Shown here: positions 44,052-52,808 of the stretch, one piece after another
How the letters are laid out: the number at the start of each line of letters is the position of its first letter
Numbering within the stretch: position 1 is the first letter of the stretch
Assembly: GCA_034003145.1 (NCBI GenBank)
Contig: JAVEZE010000001.1
Coordinates: 1 to 60,676 of the forward strand
Direction: 5' to 3'
DNA: 60,676 bases
From: Spirochaetia bacterium
GTDB lineage: Bacteria > Spirochaetota > Spirochaetia > CADAEX01
Notes under the pieces: model-generated
What the model saw: only the letters and a program-made list of their open reading frames with translations
What the model was told of the DNA's origin: nothing
Database searches by the model: none
Program-made: the position numbers and the translations under genes

Positions 44052-45518
44052 TTAAAGATATCCTGTAATTTCCCACCACTGGATATCGCTCTTTTTTTTA
44101 CGCTTTGCCGGTAACCCGGAATCAGGCAATCCTGGCGATGCGGAAGTTTCCAGCAGTTCAGAATGAGAATGTCCGGAAGATACTGATCCTTTTGCAACTG
44201 CAGTCCGGGAATGACCGGAAGAAACAGCAGCATCCCGTGAAAAATCCTCCTCCCTTTCCCCCGCCTCAGCTGCAGCTCCCTTTTTTTCTGATTTTATCCT
44301 TAAAAGCCTTAAAGCAAGAGATGCGTTGACAACAGAAATTACCGCAGTTGAAATGAAAACAAATGTGAAGCTGTTCCCCTCTTCGCCAAAAAAATGAATA
44401 TAGATATCAATCAGCGCTCCGCTGTAAAGGCCGATGATAAACGAAAAAAATGATGCTGTGAAATTTATCATTGACATGAATGTAACTTCCTTTCCCGGAA
44501 GCATCTTGTTGATAATAAGCCTCATGATAAGATAGTTGTTGAAATGGAGAAAAAAGCAGGTAATAAATCCGAGAAACAGCGGGAAAATAATACCTGAAGA
44601 AATAAATATCCAGAATATCGAAAGACAGGCAAGGGAAACTGAAGAAAGCAGAATAAGGGGAGAGCTTCCTGTCCTGTCGCTGAACACGGCAAGTGATTTA
44701 GCAGCAGTTATTGCTGCTAAACTCTGCAGTATCAAAAACGCAAAGACAAGATTTGCCTCAAATCTCAGTTCCCTGCTGTAAAAAGCGACAAGCAGACCCA
44801 TCATTATGTCGGCAGAGAGGATCAGCCATTTAAGCAAAAGGATAAGCCTTTTTTCCCTGTCAAGGACAGACTCTTTAAGAATCTCAAGCATGTTTCTGCC
44901 GGAATAAGGCTCTATCTTCTCAGGACACTTCAGCTTAAAAAGCTGCAATGCCGCGGCTGTGTTGGCAATTATTCCGACAAACTGCAGGACAAGGAGTGCG
45001 GTAAGCGTTCCTATTTTCTCAATAGAAGTAAAGAAAAAAGAAGCTGCCCGCGCGATGAGGGATGACCTGTGAAATCTGACAGAGCTAAGCCCTATAATCT
45101 CGCCTGTATTATCAGCTGATGAGATATATTTTCTGGTAATCTGATTTAACACGCTTCCGATTTCGCGGGCGAAGCAGTATATGGTATAAACAATCATTAT
45201 TGTATATACAGCAAAACTTTTATCAACAAAGGGGAGGATAAAATAGAGCATGCATATCACACCCCTTACAACCCAGATAGTTGCGTGTACCCTTACAGTA
45301 TTTTTACCACCAAAGATTACCGGCAGAAGAAGAAGTGATATTCCCGCGCTGTGGATGATAGAAGAAAGGTAGCCAAGCTGAATGTTTGAGGCTCCGAAGT
45401 AAAGGGCAAGAAGCATAACCGGCCCTTTTGCTATAAACCCGGCACCAAAGCCGTTGTAAAAGGCATAGTTAAAATAGTGTTTTATGTTTTTCTCACCCGG
45501 GGTTAACTCTTTCTTCAC
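44052..45518 (-). CDS. MFS transporter with a hydrophilic C-terminal tail of about 80 aa
   Basis: About 12 hydrophobic segments over the first roughly 405 aa. The start codon is GTG with no well-spaced SD, so the N-terminus is uncertain. Confidence 0.7.
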   Translation of the reverse strand: MKKELTPGEKNIKHYFNYAFYNGFGAGFIAKGPVMLLALYFGASNIQLGYLSSIIHSAGISLLLLPVIFGGKNTVRVHATIWVVRGVICMLYFILPFVDKSFAVYTIMIVYTIYCFAREIGSVLNQITRKYISSADNTGEIIGLSSVRFHRSSLIARAASFFFTSIEKIGTLTALLVLQFVGIIANTAAALQLFKLKCPEKIEPYSGRNMLEILKESVLDREKRLILLLKWLILSADIMMGLLVAFYSRELRFEANLVFAFLILQSLAAITAAKSLAVFSDRTGSSPLILLSSVSLACLSIFWIFISSGIIFPLFLGFITCFFLHFNNYLIMRLIINKMLPGKEVTFMSMINFTASFFSFIIGLYSGALIDIYIHFFGEEGNSFTFVFISTAVISVVNASLALRLLRIKSEKKGAAAEAGEREEDFSRDAAVSSGHSRTAVAKGSVSSGHSHSELLETSASPGLPDSGLPAKRKKKSDIQWWEITGYL

Positions 45519-45596
45519 TTTATTTAACTTTTACTCCAACTCCTTAAAAACTTTGTTTTTTATGCTGCATCTTTAACACTTCAGCTAATTTAAAAA

Positions 45597-45605
45597 ATTA
45601 TACCA
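45597..45605 (-). promoter_or_regulatory. extended -10 element TGGTATAAT upstream of the MFS gene
   Basis: The minus strand reads TGGTATAAT, 79 nt upstream of the GTG start. Confidence 0.45.
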
Positions 45606-45717
45606 GATATTCTTGTTTTTTTAATTTAATTTTACAAGTCCTGATTTAATGAATATAAATTAAATAAATTATCCAGAAGTGCAATCCCTGTCGGTATGGA
45701 TAATTAATCAGGTTTAA

Positions 45718-45757
45718 TTGACGTTTATCTATGACATATGGTATACAATTGGTATAT
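45718..45757 (+). promoter_or_regulatory. promoter (TTGACG-18-TATACA) of the second GntR gene, overlapped by TGGTATACA / TGGTATAT motifs
   Basis: -35 at 45718-45723 and -10 at 45742-45747. TGGTATACA at 45739-45747 and TGGTATAT at 45750-45757 resemble the TGGTATACCA dyad at 51844-51853. Confidence 0.5.
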
Positions 45758-45775
45758 GTTTAACAAAGAGAGCAG

Positions 45776-46444
45776 TTGAAAAAATTTATGTTTGAAAAAA
45801 AAGAAGTAATATCTGATAAGCTTTTTCGTGAGCTTAAAGAAATGATAATCACGAATAAACTCAAACAAGGGTCTCCCCTTTCTGAAAGAAAATTATGTGT
45901 GCTGCTCAACGCAAGCAGAACCCCTATCAGGGAAGCTTTGCGAAAACTTTACAACGATCATTTTGTAGAATTGAAACCGGATTACGGCGCATTTGTATCC
46001 ATAGTTACCTTTGAACAGGTATCTCAAATCTATGATATAAGGGAAATGCTGGAAGCTCTTGCCGTGCGTTCATTTACCCAGTCTATTAATGTAAAACAAA
46101 TTGAAACAATAAAAGATATCCACAGGAAACTAATAACAGCGATAAACCTGAAAAAGTACGAAGAAGCCTTAAATATTGATCTGTTTTTCCACAAATATAT
46201 AATTGAAGAATCCAAGAACGAACTTCTCCAGAGTATATTAATTTCAATATTTGATCATATCAGAAGAATAATCAATTTAACCAATTATACCGATGACTGG
46301 GCACATGAATCACTTGATCAGCATAATTTAATATTTGAATGCATTCTTAAAAAAAATGTCAACGGAGCAGAGAAAGCAATGAGAAAACATTCACGTACCA
46401 GTAAAAAACACCAGCTTGAACAATGGATAAAAATAAAACAGTAA
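45776..46444 (+). CDS. GntR-family transcriptional regulator, FadR subfamily (FCD domain)
   Basis: wHTH LSERKLCVLLNASRTPIREALRKL plus a helical C-terminal domain. The start could be TTG 45776 or ATG 45788. Confidence 0.8.
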   Translation: MKKFMFEKKEVISDKLFRELKEMIITNKLKQGSPLSERKLCVLLNASRTPIREALRKLYNDHFVELKPDYGAFVSIVTFEQVSQIYDIREMLEALAVRSFTQSINVKQIETIKDIHRKLITAINLKKYEEALNIDLFFHKYIIEESKNELLQSILISIFDHIRRIINLTNYTDDWAHESLDQHNLIFECILKKNVNGAEKAMRKHSRTSKKHQLEQWIKIKQ

Positions 46445-46474
46445 AAAACTCTGTTATCTTATGCTGATTAATAT

Positions 46475-46502
46475 CCGGAGAGATTCATATGAATCTCTCC
46501 GG
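46475..46502. terminator. perfect 28-nt palindrome between the convergent GntR and dehydrogenase genes
   Basis: CCGGAGAGATTCATATGAATCTCTCCGG forms a stem of up to 13 bp with AT-rich flanks on both sides. Confidence 0.65.
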
Positions 46503-46508
46503 TATTGA

Positions 46509-47564
46509 TTAATCAAATTTTATCATTACTTTTCTTGCGTTAGCCTTGTCATGACAGGCAATATCAAAAGCTTTGTGGATATCGGCAAATTTGAATCTGT
46601 GGGTATTTAAGGCCTTGAAGTCATAATTGGCCTTGATCCTGCTCAGGAATTTTATAGTCCTCGGCATGAAAGTTTTTGTGCCGCCAGATCCGACTATACT
46701 TAAGTTTTTCCAGATAACCTTTCCAAGTTCGGCTGAAACTTTCCGGCCTATCGAGTGCCCGACAAATCCTACACGGCAGCTGTGCCCTGCAATATCAAAA
46801 ACTGATGCAATACCCTTATCATTACCTGAACATTCAACAATTACAGAAGGACCTTTTCCTTTGGTCAGCTTATTTATAGATTCAACTACTTTTCCGTCGG
46901 ACGGATCCACAACATGATCAGCTCCATATTTTAATGCTGTTTCCCTGCGGCTTGCCAGAGGATCAACAACTATAACCATGGCATTTGATGCCTTTGCAGT
47001 CATGGTCGCGGAAAGCCCTATAGGGCCTGCTCCCAATACAACAACATCATCGCTTGCATCAAGATATCCTCCATTTCCCCATACTCCCCAATAACCTACA
47101 GAGAAAGTCTCAACCCAGGCTCCAAGCTCATAATCCCAGTCATCAGGAAATGGATGGGTATACTGTTCTTCAAGTATCATGTATTCACCCATGGCGCCGG
47201 GAGAATCCGGCCTGAATCCCAGTTCCCTCATATTAAGACATGCTGAAGGCATAAGTCCGTTTTTACAGTTTTCACATTTTCCGCATGCCATTACACAATC
47301 GCCGGTAACTTTCATCCCTTTTTTGATGCTAGTTACCTTGCTTCCTGTTTCAACGACTTCTCCTGCCCATTCGTGCCCGGGTGTATAGGGTGCTATATCA
47401 TATCGCCCTTCTGCAGATTCTCCCTCAAAACATTCCACATCAGATCCGCAGATGCCGACAGCATGCATCTTTATCAATACCTGGTCATCCCTCAATGCGG
47501 GAAGTTCTACTTCTTCAACCCTTAAGTCCTTAGGACCGTATAGAAAAGCAATTTTAGCTTTCAT
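46509..47564 (-). CDS. MDR-family Zn-dependent dehydrogenase (sorbitol-DH-like)
   Basis: CGSD, GHEWAG, CGKCENC and GAGPIG. It is the last gene of the operon. Confidence 0.85.
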   Translation of the reverse strand: MKAKIAFLYGPKDLRVEEVELPALRDDQVLIKMHAVGICGSDVECFEGESAEGRYDIAPYTPGHEWAGEVVETGSKVTSIKKGMKVTGDCVMACGKCENCKNGLMPSACLNMRELGFRPDSPGAMGEYMILEEQYTHPFPDDWDYELGAWVETFSVGYWGVWGNGGYLDASDDVVVLGAGPIGLSATMTAKASNAMVIVVDPLASRRETALKYGADHVVDPSDGKVVESINKLTKGKGPSVIVECSGNDKGIASVFDIAGHSCRVGFVGHSIGRKVSAELGKVIWKNLSIVGSGGTKTFMPRTIKFLSRIKANYDFKALNTHRFKFADIHKAFDIACHDKANARKVMIKFD

Positions 47565-47578
47565 ATTATTTTTCTCCT

Positions 47579-48778
47579 CTATTCCTTGACATGTTCAATC
47601 TTTTTGTAATGTGTACTTACCAGAACTTTTCCTGCTACACGATTACCGGCTAGTGCCATTCCATCCATTATGTTTTCCAGAGGGACCCTTGATGTAACCA
47701 TTTTTCTCATATCAATACGGCCGCTTGCCATTAGAGAGATTACATCGGTGTAAATCCCCTGTCCGGATTGTCCATTTGAACCGCACATCATGGCTGCGTT
47801 GAACTGAATCGGATATAAATCTATACTTGTTTTTCCGATTGAATGTCCAATCTGTACAATTTTTCCGCCTATAGCCATAGCTCCTGCCATTACAGGATAG
47901 GTCGCATTGGTAGCACCTGAACATTCTGCGAAAAGAGAGATACCGCGCCCATTTGTGAGGTCCATCAGCATTTCTGAAGGGTTTATTGATTTTTTTGAAA
48001 GTTCAATCGGATCATAAACATAATCAGCTCCCATTTTTTTTGCCAAATCCCTTCTTTCAGGGGTTGTCTCGAAACAGATCAATTTACCTGCCCCGCTGGT
48101 TTTCATAAGAGCAACAGCAGCAAGTCCCACAGGGCCGCCTCCAAAAACAACTGTATGCCCTCCCGGCCTGACCCCGCCTGCCCTGACAAATAAACCGTTA
48201 TATGCAACACCTGCCGGTTCAATCATTGATCCCAGTTCCAGAGCCGACATTTTATCCTCATAGAGATTCATGATATCATTAAGCAGATAACAGTACTTTG
48301 CTTTTACAGTAACGTACTCTGCAAAACCTCCATCGTATGTGAGTCCAGGCTCTTCAAGCATCCGGCACTGATTAAACATGCCGGTCCGGCAGGGATCACA
48401 TTCACCGCACCAGTGCATTGATTCAACACTTACAAGGTCTCCGGTTTTTAAGGTTTTTACGTTTTTTCCTGCAGAGACAACTTCTCCTGAAAATTCATGT
48501 CCTGTAATAATCGGGTATCTGGAATGTCCATTATATTTCGTATATCCATCATCATCCATCTGAAGAAGATGGGCGTCTGTACCACATATTCCTGCAGCAC
48601 CAACTTTCAAAAGAACCTCTCCGTCTTTTACCACAGGTTCCGGCCTGTCAACAACAGAGCCCCTGATATTTTTCCAGATTGAGTTTCCTCTTGCAGATCT
48701 ATGTGTTTCTGATTCTCTTTTGGAAAGGACATAATCTTTTTTGGGCGCCCAATCCGCTTCTACATAAAATGCTCTCAT
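47579..48778 (-). CDS. MDR-family Zn-dependent dehydrogenase with an N-terminal extension (IolM-like candidate)
   Basis: CGTDAH, GHEFSG, CGECDPC and GGGPVG. I placed the start at ATG 48778, which follows GGAGG and forms an ATGA overlap with the upstream stop. The track start 48835 overlaps the upstream gene. Confidence 0.8.
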   Translation of the reverse strand: MRAFYVEADWAPKKDYVLSKRESETHRSARGNSIWKNIRGSVVDRPEPVVKDGEVLLKVGAAGICGTDAHLLQMDDDGYTKYNGHSRYPIITGHEFSGEVVSAGKNVKTLKTGDLVSVESMHWCGECDPCRTGMFNQCRMLEEPGLTYDGGFAEYVTVKAKYCYLLNDIMNLYEDKMSALELGSMIEPAGVAYNGLFVRAGGVRPGGHTVVFGGGPVGLAAVALMKTSGAGKLICFETTPERRDLAKKMGADYVYDPIELSKKSINPSEMLMDLTNGRGISLFAECSGATNATYPVMAGAMAIGGKIVQIGHSIGKTSIDLYPIQFNAAMMCGSNGQSGQGIYTDVISLMASGRIDMRKMVTSRVPLENIMDGMALAGNRVAGKVLVSTHYKKIEHVKE

Positions 48779-49596
48779 TTGACCACCTCCTGATTTAAAC
48801 AGCTCCTGATAGTTTTTATGGCTGTCTGCGCACATGTTTTACTGTCCGGTACAGGTAAAACCTCTACCCCTATGTATTTAAGATTTTTAAAATTTTTAAC
48901 CTGGCTCAAAATACTCCTGAAGTCGATATGCCCCATCCCGGGAGCCAGCCGATTGTTGTCCGCGCAATGAATAGCACCTACATCCTCAGCTGCCCCTTTC
49001 AAAGCTTCATGGATAGAGCTTTCCTCAATATTCATGTGATATGTATCAGGTAAAACCCTGAGATGAGATGAGTTCATGGATAGAACATATTCATGGCATG
49101 AGCCTACTGTATTGAAAAAATTTGTTTCATACCGGTTTATGGCCTCAAGCAGAAGATAAGCGCCAGCTTTTTCGGCATGGGAAAGACATTCAGCGATAGC
49201 GCTGCTGCCTGATTCAAACTGTTTTTTATCATCAGTTCCTGCAAGTTTTCCCTTGATACCTCCGAGAATAACACAACCGCCAGTCCCGGAGAGGAGATCA
49301 ATATAACCTTTAATCCGCCGTACTGTTTCTTTCCTTTTTCCCTCTTCAAAGGAAAAGAGAGAAAGTGAATCCTCAATAAAGCTTTGCCCTGTTGCGATTG
49401 ACAACAATTCCATATCATATTTTTCAAGCAGTCCAAACAACACTTTCTTTTCCATATCGTCAGGCGTTCTGAGGCTTAATTCAATTCCGTCATAACCCAT
49501 TTCAGAAAGTTCTTTCAATCCCCTTTCAATATCACCTGGATACAAAAGAGGGCCGAATTTCGTCTTATTGGGTGTAACGCTGGCTGCAATTTTCAT
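48775..49596 (-). CDS. xylose-isomerase-like TIM-barrel sugar (phosphate) isomerase/epimerase (IolO-like candidate)
   Basis: 273 aa with N-terminal MGYDGIELSLR and later EAINRYE, PDTYHMNIEE and IGVEV, which look like TIM-barrel metal-ligand positions. Confidence 0.7.
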   Translation of the reverse strand: MKIAASVTPNKTKFGPLLYPGDIERGLKELSEMGYDGIELSLRTPDDMEKKVLFGLLEKYDMELLSIATGQSFIEDSLSLFSFEEGKRKETVRRIKGYIDLLSGTGGCVILGGIKGKLAGTDDKKQFESGSSAIAECLSHAEKAGAYLLLEAINRYETNFFNTVGSCHEYVLSMNSSHLRVLPDTYHMNIEESSIHEALKGAAEDVGAIHCADNNRLAPGMGHIDFRSILSQVKNFKNLKYIGVEVLPVPDSKTCAQTAIKTIRSCLNQEVVK

Positions 49597-49604
49597 TATT
49601 TCTC

Positions 49605-50576
49605 CTATGTAGGATATCCAAGTGTATAGATATGTTTTCCGCCATTAAGCGGTCCTTTTATCACATCTTCAATTTCTTTCTTGTCTCTCATTGTCATGTA
49701 CTCGATCGGAGGAAGTTTCCCGGCAGGATACATCGTCATAATATCGTTTATCAGCTTTTCGAGATAATCAAGTATGGCATACACTCCTGGTTTGGCTTTC
49801 TCAGGATCAGCAAGTGTCGCATCCCCTACAACACCTTCGGGCGTTGAGACAACTTCTATAGCTGATGCGCCAACCTGGCACCAGAAATCAATTGGAGACT
49901 CTTCCTTGTAAACACTTCCTGATTTGTTTATATGACCTTCCGGAAATATTTTTGCAGGTGTGGATTTTTCAGCATAATCCTGATTGATCAGTTCCGGAAA
50001 AAGAGCCATTGAAAAAGACGTTTCAACTTCATCCGCATGAATAAACGGAGTTTCAAAAACACCGCCATGGGCTTTGTCCTTTAAAAACTCGGGGATAACA
50101 AACCACCAGTTGACATTTACAAGAATGGCCGGAACCTGGTATTTTTTTGCGAACTGATGTATCGCGAGCGGCAGTACATAATCCTGGCCATGCCCGTTTA
50201 ATAATATTATTTTCCTGAATCCTGAATTCCAGAATCCTGCGATTACCGCGCGGATATAGGCAGATAAATCTTCTTCCGGAACAACAATTGTTCCTGGCAT
50301 TCCAAGGTGATGAAAAGGATGTGATCCGTACCATATAGGTTCAGCTACAGTGCAACCTGTCTTTTGCGCTACAGCCTCAGCAAGACGCGTTACCAAAAAA
50401 GTATCTTCACCAGAACAGGCATTTTTCCCGTGGTTTTCTGTACTTCCTATTGGTAAAATCAGCATATCGCTTTTCTTGAGCCGCTCTTCAATCTCATGAC
50501 CGTTCATTGTCTGATAATAAATCCCTGTAGGTCTTTCCATGTGACCACCCTGAGGCGGAATTGTCCATTTACTCAT
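49605..50576 (-). CDS. creatininase-superfamily hydrolase (copy 2; IolN-like candidate)
   Basis: GSTENHG, NGHGQ and ADEVETS fit the creatininase-fold ligand pattern. AGGAG RBS. Confidence 0.75.
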   Translation of the reverse strand: MSKWTIPPQGGHMERPTGIYYQTMNGHEIEERLKKSDMLILPIGSTENHGKNACSGEDTFLVTRLAEAVAQKTGCTVAEPIWYGSHPFHHLGMPGTIVVPEEDLSAYIRAVIAGFWNSGFRKIILLNGHGQDYVLPLAIHQFAKKYQVPAILVNVNWWFVIPEFLKDKAHGGVFETPFIHADEVETSFSMALFPELINQDYAEKSTPAKIFPEGHINKSGSVYKEESPIDFWCQVGASAIEVVSTPEGVVGDATLADPEKAKPGVYAILDYLEKLINDIMTMYPAGKLPPIEYMTMRDKKEIEDVIKGPLNGGKHIYTLGYPT

Positions 50577-50614
50577 AACTTTATTCTCCTTATAAAACTT
50601 ATATTTTTTATATT

Positions 50615-51733
50615 TTAAATTTCAACCCAGCTTGAATTGCTTTCTGCGCTTTCAAGGGACCTCTTTACAAAAAGAAGGCTTTCAACACCATCTTTCAGGG
50701 TCGGGAATTTATACTTTCCATTATTGACGGGGGAGTTTTTTGTCAGAAGCTCATCAATAAAAGAATTATAAATATTAGCCAAAGCCTCATAATATCCTTC
50801 AGGATGACCTTCCGGCAAACAGGTGTTTTCCTTCTGCAGAGCAGATAAATATACAGCTCCTCTTTTTAATATCCGTGAAGGTTCATTCAGCGGTGAAAAG
50901 ATAAGCTCATTAGGCCTCTCCTGTACCCAAATCAATGACCCTTTGGATCCATAAATTTCTATCTTCATGCCATTGCCGTGACCGATGGCGATATATGAAA
51001 GCCAATATAATCCCTTGGCTCCGTCCTCATATTCAAGCATAACAACCGCATTGTCATCCAGCGCTCTTCCTTCAACAAAGCTGTCCAGAACAGCGCATAC
51101 TTTTTTTATTTTAAGCCCTGTAACATAGCTGACAAGATTTTCGATATGTACACCGATATCACCAAGACAATTTGTTTTTCCTGTCTGGGCAGGGTCTGAT
51201 CTCCACTGCGCCTGCCTGTTTCCCATCTCTTCAACTTTTTCAGCCATCCATGCCTCAGGGCAGTCAGCCTTGACAAACCGTAATTTTCCCAGTTTCCCAT
51301 CATCAATAAGAGCTTTCATTTCTTTTACCATTGGATATCCGGTGTAGGTATAGGTTACAGCAAAATGACAGCAATTCTTTTCACTTAATTTTTTCAGCTC
51401 CAGCGCATCCTCAAGTGTAACTGTAACCGGTTTTTCGCAAACCACATTAATTCCATGTTCAAGACATTTTTTGGCGATCGGATAATGAAGATTATTGGGA
51501 GTTACAATAGTTATAAAATCTATTTCCTTTTCTTTTTCAAGAAGCTCTTCATAGCTTGAATAAACCCTAGAGGGATCCAAAAACAATGATTCGCCTGTTT
51601 TTTTGTTATTTACCGCATCCCTTGAAAAAGACCCTGCAACAAGTGCTGCCCTGCCGTCAAATCTTATGGCTCTTCTGTGAACATCACCAATGAATGCCCC
51701 TTCCCCGCCGCCAATCATCGCGTACTTTAACAT
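50615..51733 (-). CDS. Gfo/Idh/MocA-family NAD(P)-dependent oxidoreductase
   Basis: N-terminal Rossmann motif MIGGGEGAFIGDVHRRA, plus VCEKP. AGGAG RBS 6 nt upstream. Confidence 0.85.
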   Translation of the reverse strand: MLKYAMIGGGEGAFIGDVHRRAIRFDGRAALVAGSFSRDAVNNKKTGESLFLDPSRVYSSYEELLEKEKEIDFITIVTPNNLHYPIAKKCLEHGINVVCEKPVTVTLEDALELKKLSEKNCCHFAVTYTYTGYPMVKEMKALIDDGKLGKLRFVKADCPEAWMAEKVEEMGNRQAQWRSDPAQTGKTNCLGDIGVHIENLVSYVTGLKIKKVCAVLDSFVEGRALDDNAVVMLEYEDGAKGLYWLSYIAIGHGNGMKIEIYGSKGSLIWVQERPNELIFSPLNEPSRILKRGAVYLSALQKENTCLPEGHPEGYYEALANIYNSFIDELLTKNSPVNNGKYKFPTLKDGVESLLFVKRSLESAESNSSWVEI

Positions 51734-51833
51734 TTAACACTCCTTAAGGATTTGACTGTAGAAAAAACCCAACATGCGGAAGGCTATTCAGCAATGGGAG
51801 GTACAGTACAAGGTTTTTTCATCACCCATTAAT

Positions 51834-51862
51834 ATTATGCCACTGGTATACCATTTAGTCAA
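51834..51862 (-). promoter_or_regulatory. promoter TTGACT-17-CATAAT with the perfect 10-bp palindrome TGGTATACCA inside the spacer
   Basis: Minus strand: -35 at 51857-51862, -10 at 51834-51839 (preceded by TGG), palindrome at 51844-51853. Confidence 0.65.
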
Positions 51863-51924
51863 GATACACAATGCCCGATCCAAAACAAGACATACTTTAA
51901 AAAATTCCAGTCTATAAACAATCT

Positions 51925-51957
51925 TTAAAATCAGGGCGGCAGTAAACCGCCCTTTTC
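51925..51957 (-). terminator. terminator after the Hyi-like TIM-barrel gene
   Basis: GGGCGG (51934-51939) / CCGCCC (51947-51952) with a 7-nt loop. T/A-rich tracts flank both sides. It lies 28 nt past the stop codon. Confidence 0.55.
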
Positions 51958-51979
51958 AATTATAAAATTTTTAGTAGTA

Positions 51980-52768
51980 TCAGACCATACTCTTTTTAAT
52001 CGCGTCTACTGCTTTTTTGTTATCGCTTATCGGAGAAAGCTCAAATCCCACAAAGCCGTCATATCCGGCAACCTTTAATGCCTTGAATATATTTTCAAAT
52101 GAAAGCTCTCCTGTACCAGGCTCATGCCTTCCGGGAACATCAGCAGCATGAACATATCCCACATGCTCAATATTCTTTTGAAGCCGCTCAATTATATTCC
52201 CTTTCATGATCTGCATGTGATAGATATCAAATAATAATTTGATATTTTTTGATGCAACTGCTTCGATCAGCTCAAAAGATCTGTCGGGATCTGAAAGAAA
52301 ATAATTTTTATGATCAACCAAAGTATTAAGAGGTTCAAGAACCAGGGTAATCCCTTTTTTTTCTGCAAGAACTGCACACTTTTTCAGGGTATCATAAGTA
52401 TTTATAAGTTTTTGGCCCTCACTTAAATAATTTTTGGTTTTTTTGGCACTGCCGTCTGCCGGGTTGAGTGCATCTGTATGGATTACAAGATTCGGACACC
52501 CTATTGATACAGCCTTCTCTATTGAACGTCCTAAAAAATCAAGATAGGAAGAGGAATCTTCAGGATCTACAAGAGAGTATTTATCATCACCTGAGAATGA
52601 GGATACTTTAAGGCCTGATTTCTTCACTGCATCTATAATTTTATTCCAGTCTCTTCCTTCCCATCTCCAGAATTCGCAATATTCAAATCCGTCAGCTGCT
52701 GCTGCTTTGAATCTGTCTGTAAAATCAAGCTTACCGTACATCATTTCAGTACATATTGAATATTTCAT
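51980..52768 (-). CDS. hydroxypyruvate-isomerase-like TIM-barrel protein
   Basis: The N-terminus MKYSICTEMMYGKLDFTDRFKAAAADGFEYCEFW resembles the Hyi/OtnI-type N-terminus. HTDALNP, LEPLN, DIYHMQ and GFEL sit at metal-ligand positions. Confidence 0.7.
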   Translation of the reverse strand: MKYSICTEMMYGKLDFTDRFKAAAADGFEYCEFWRWEGRDWNKIIDAVKKSGLKVSSFSGDDKYSLVDPEDSSSYLDFLGRSIEKAVSIGCPNLVIHTDALNPADGSAKKTKNYLSEGQKLINTYDTLKKCAVLAEKKGITLVLEPLNTLVDHKNYFLSDPDRSFELIEAVASKNIKLLFDIYHMQIMKGNIIERLQKNIEHVGYVHAADVPGRHEPGTGELSFENIFKALKVAGYDGFVGFELSPISDNKKAVDAIKKSMV

Positions 52769-52808
52769 CCATTTACTCCATCTGGCTGATCAAAATCAGC
52801 TTAAGCCA

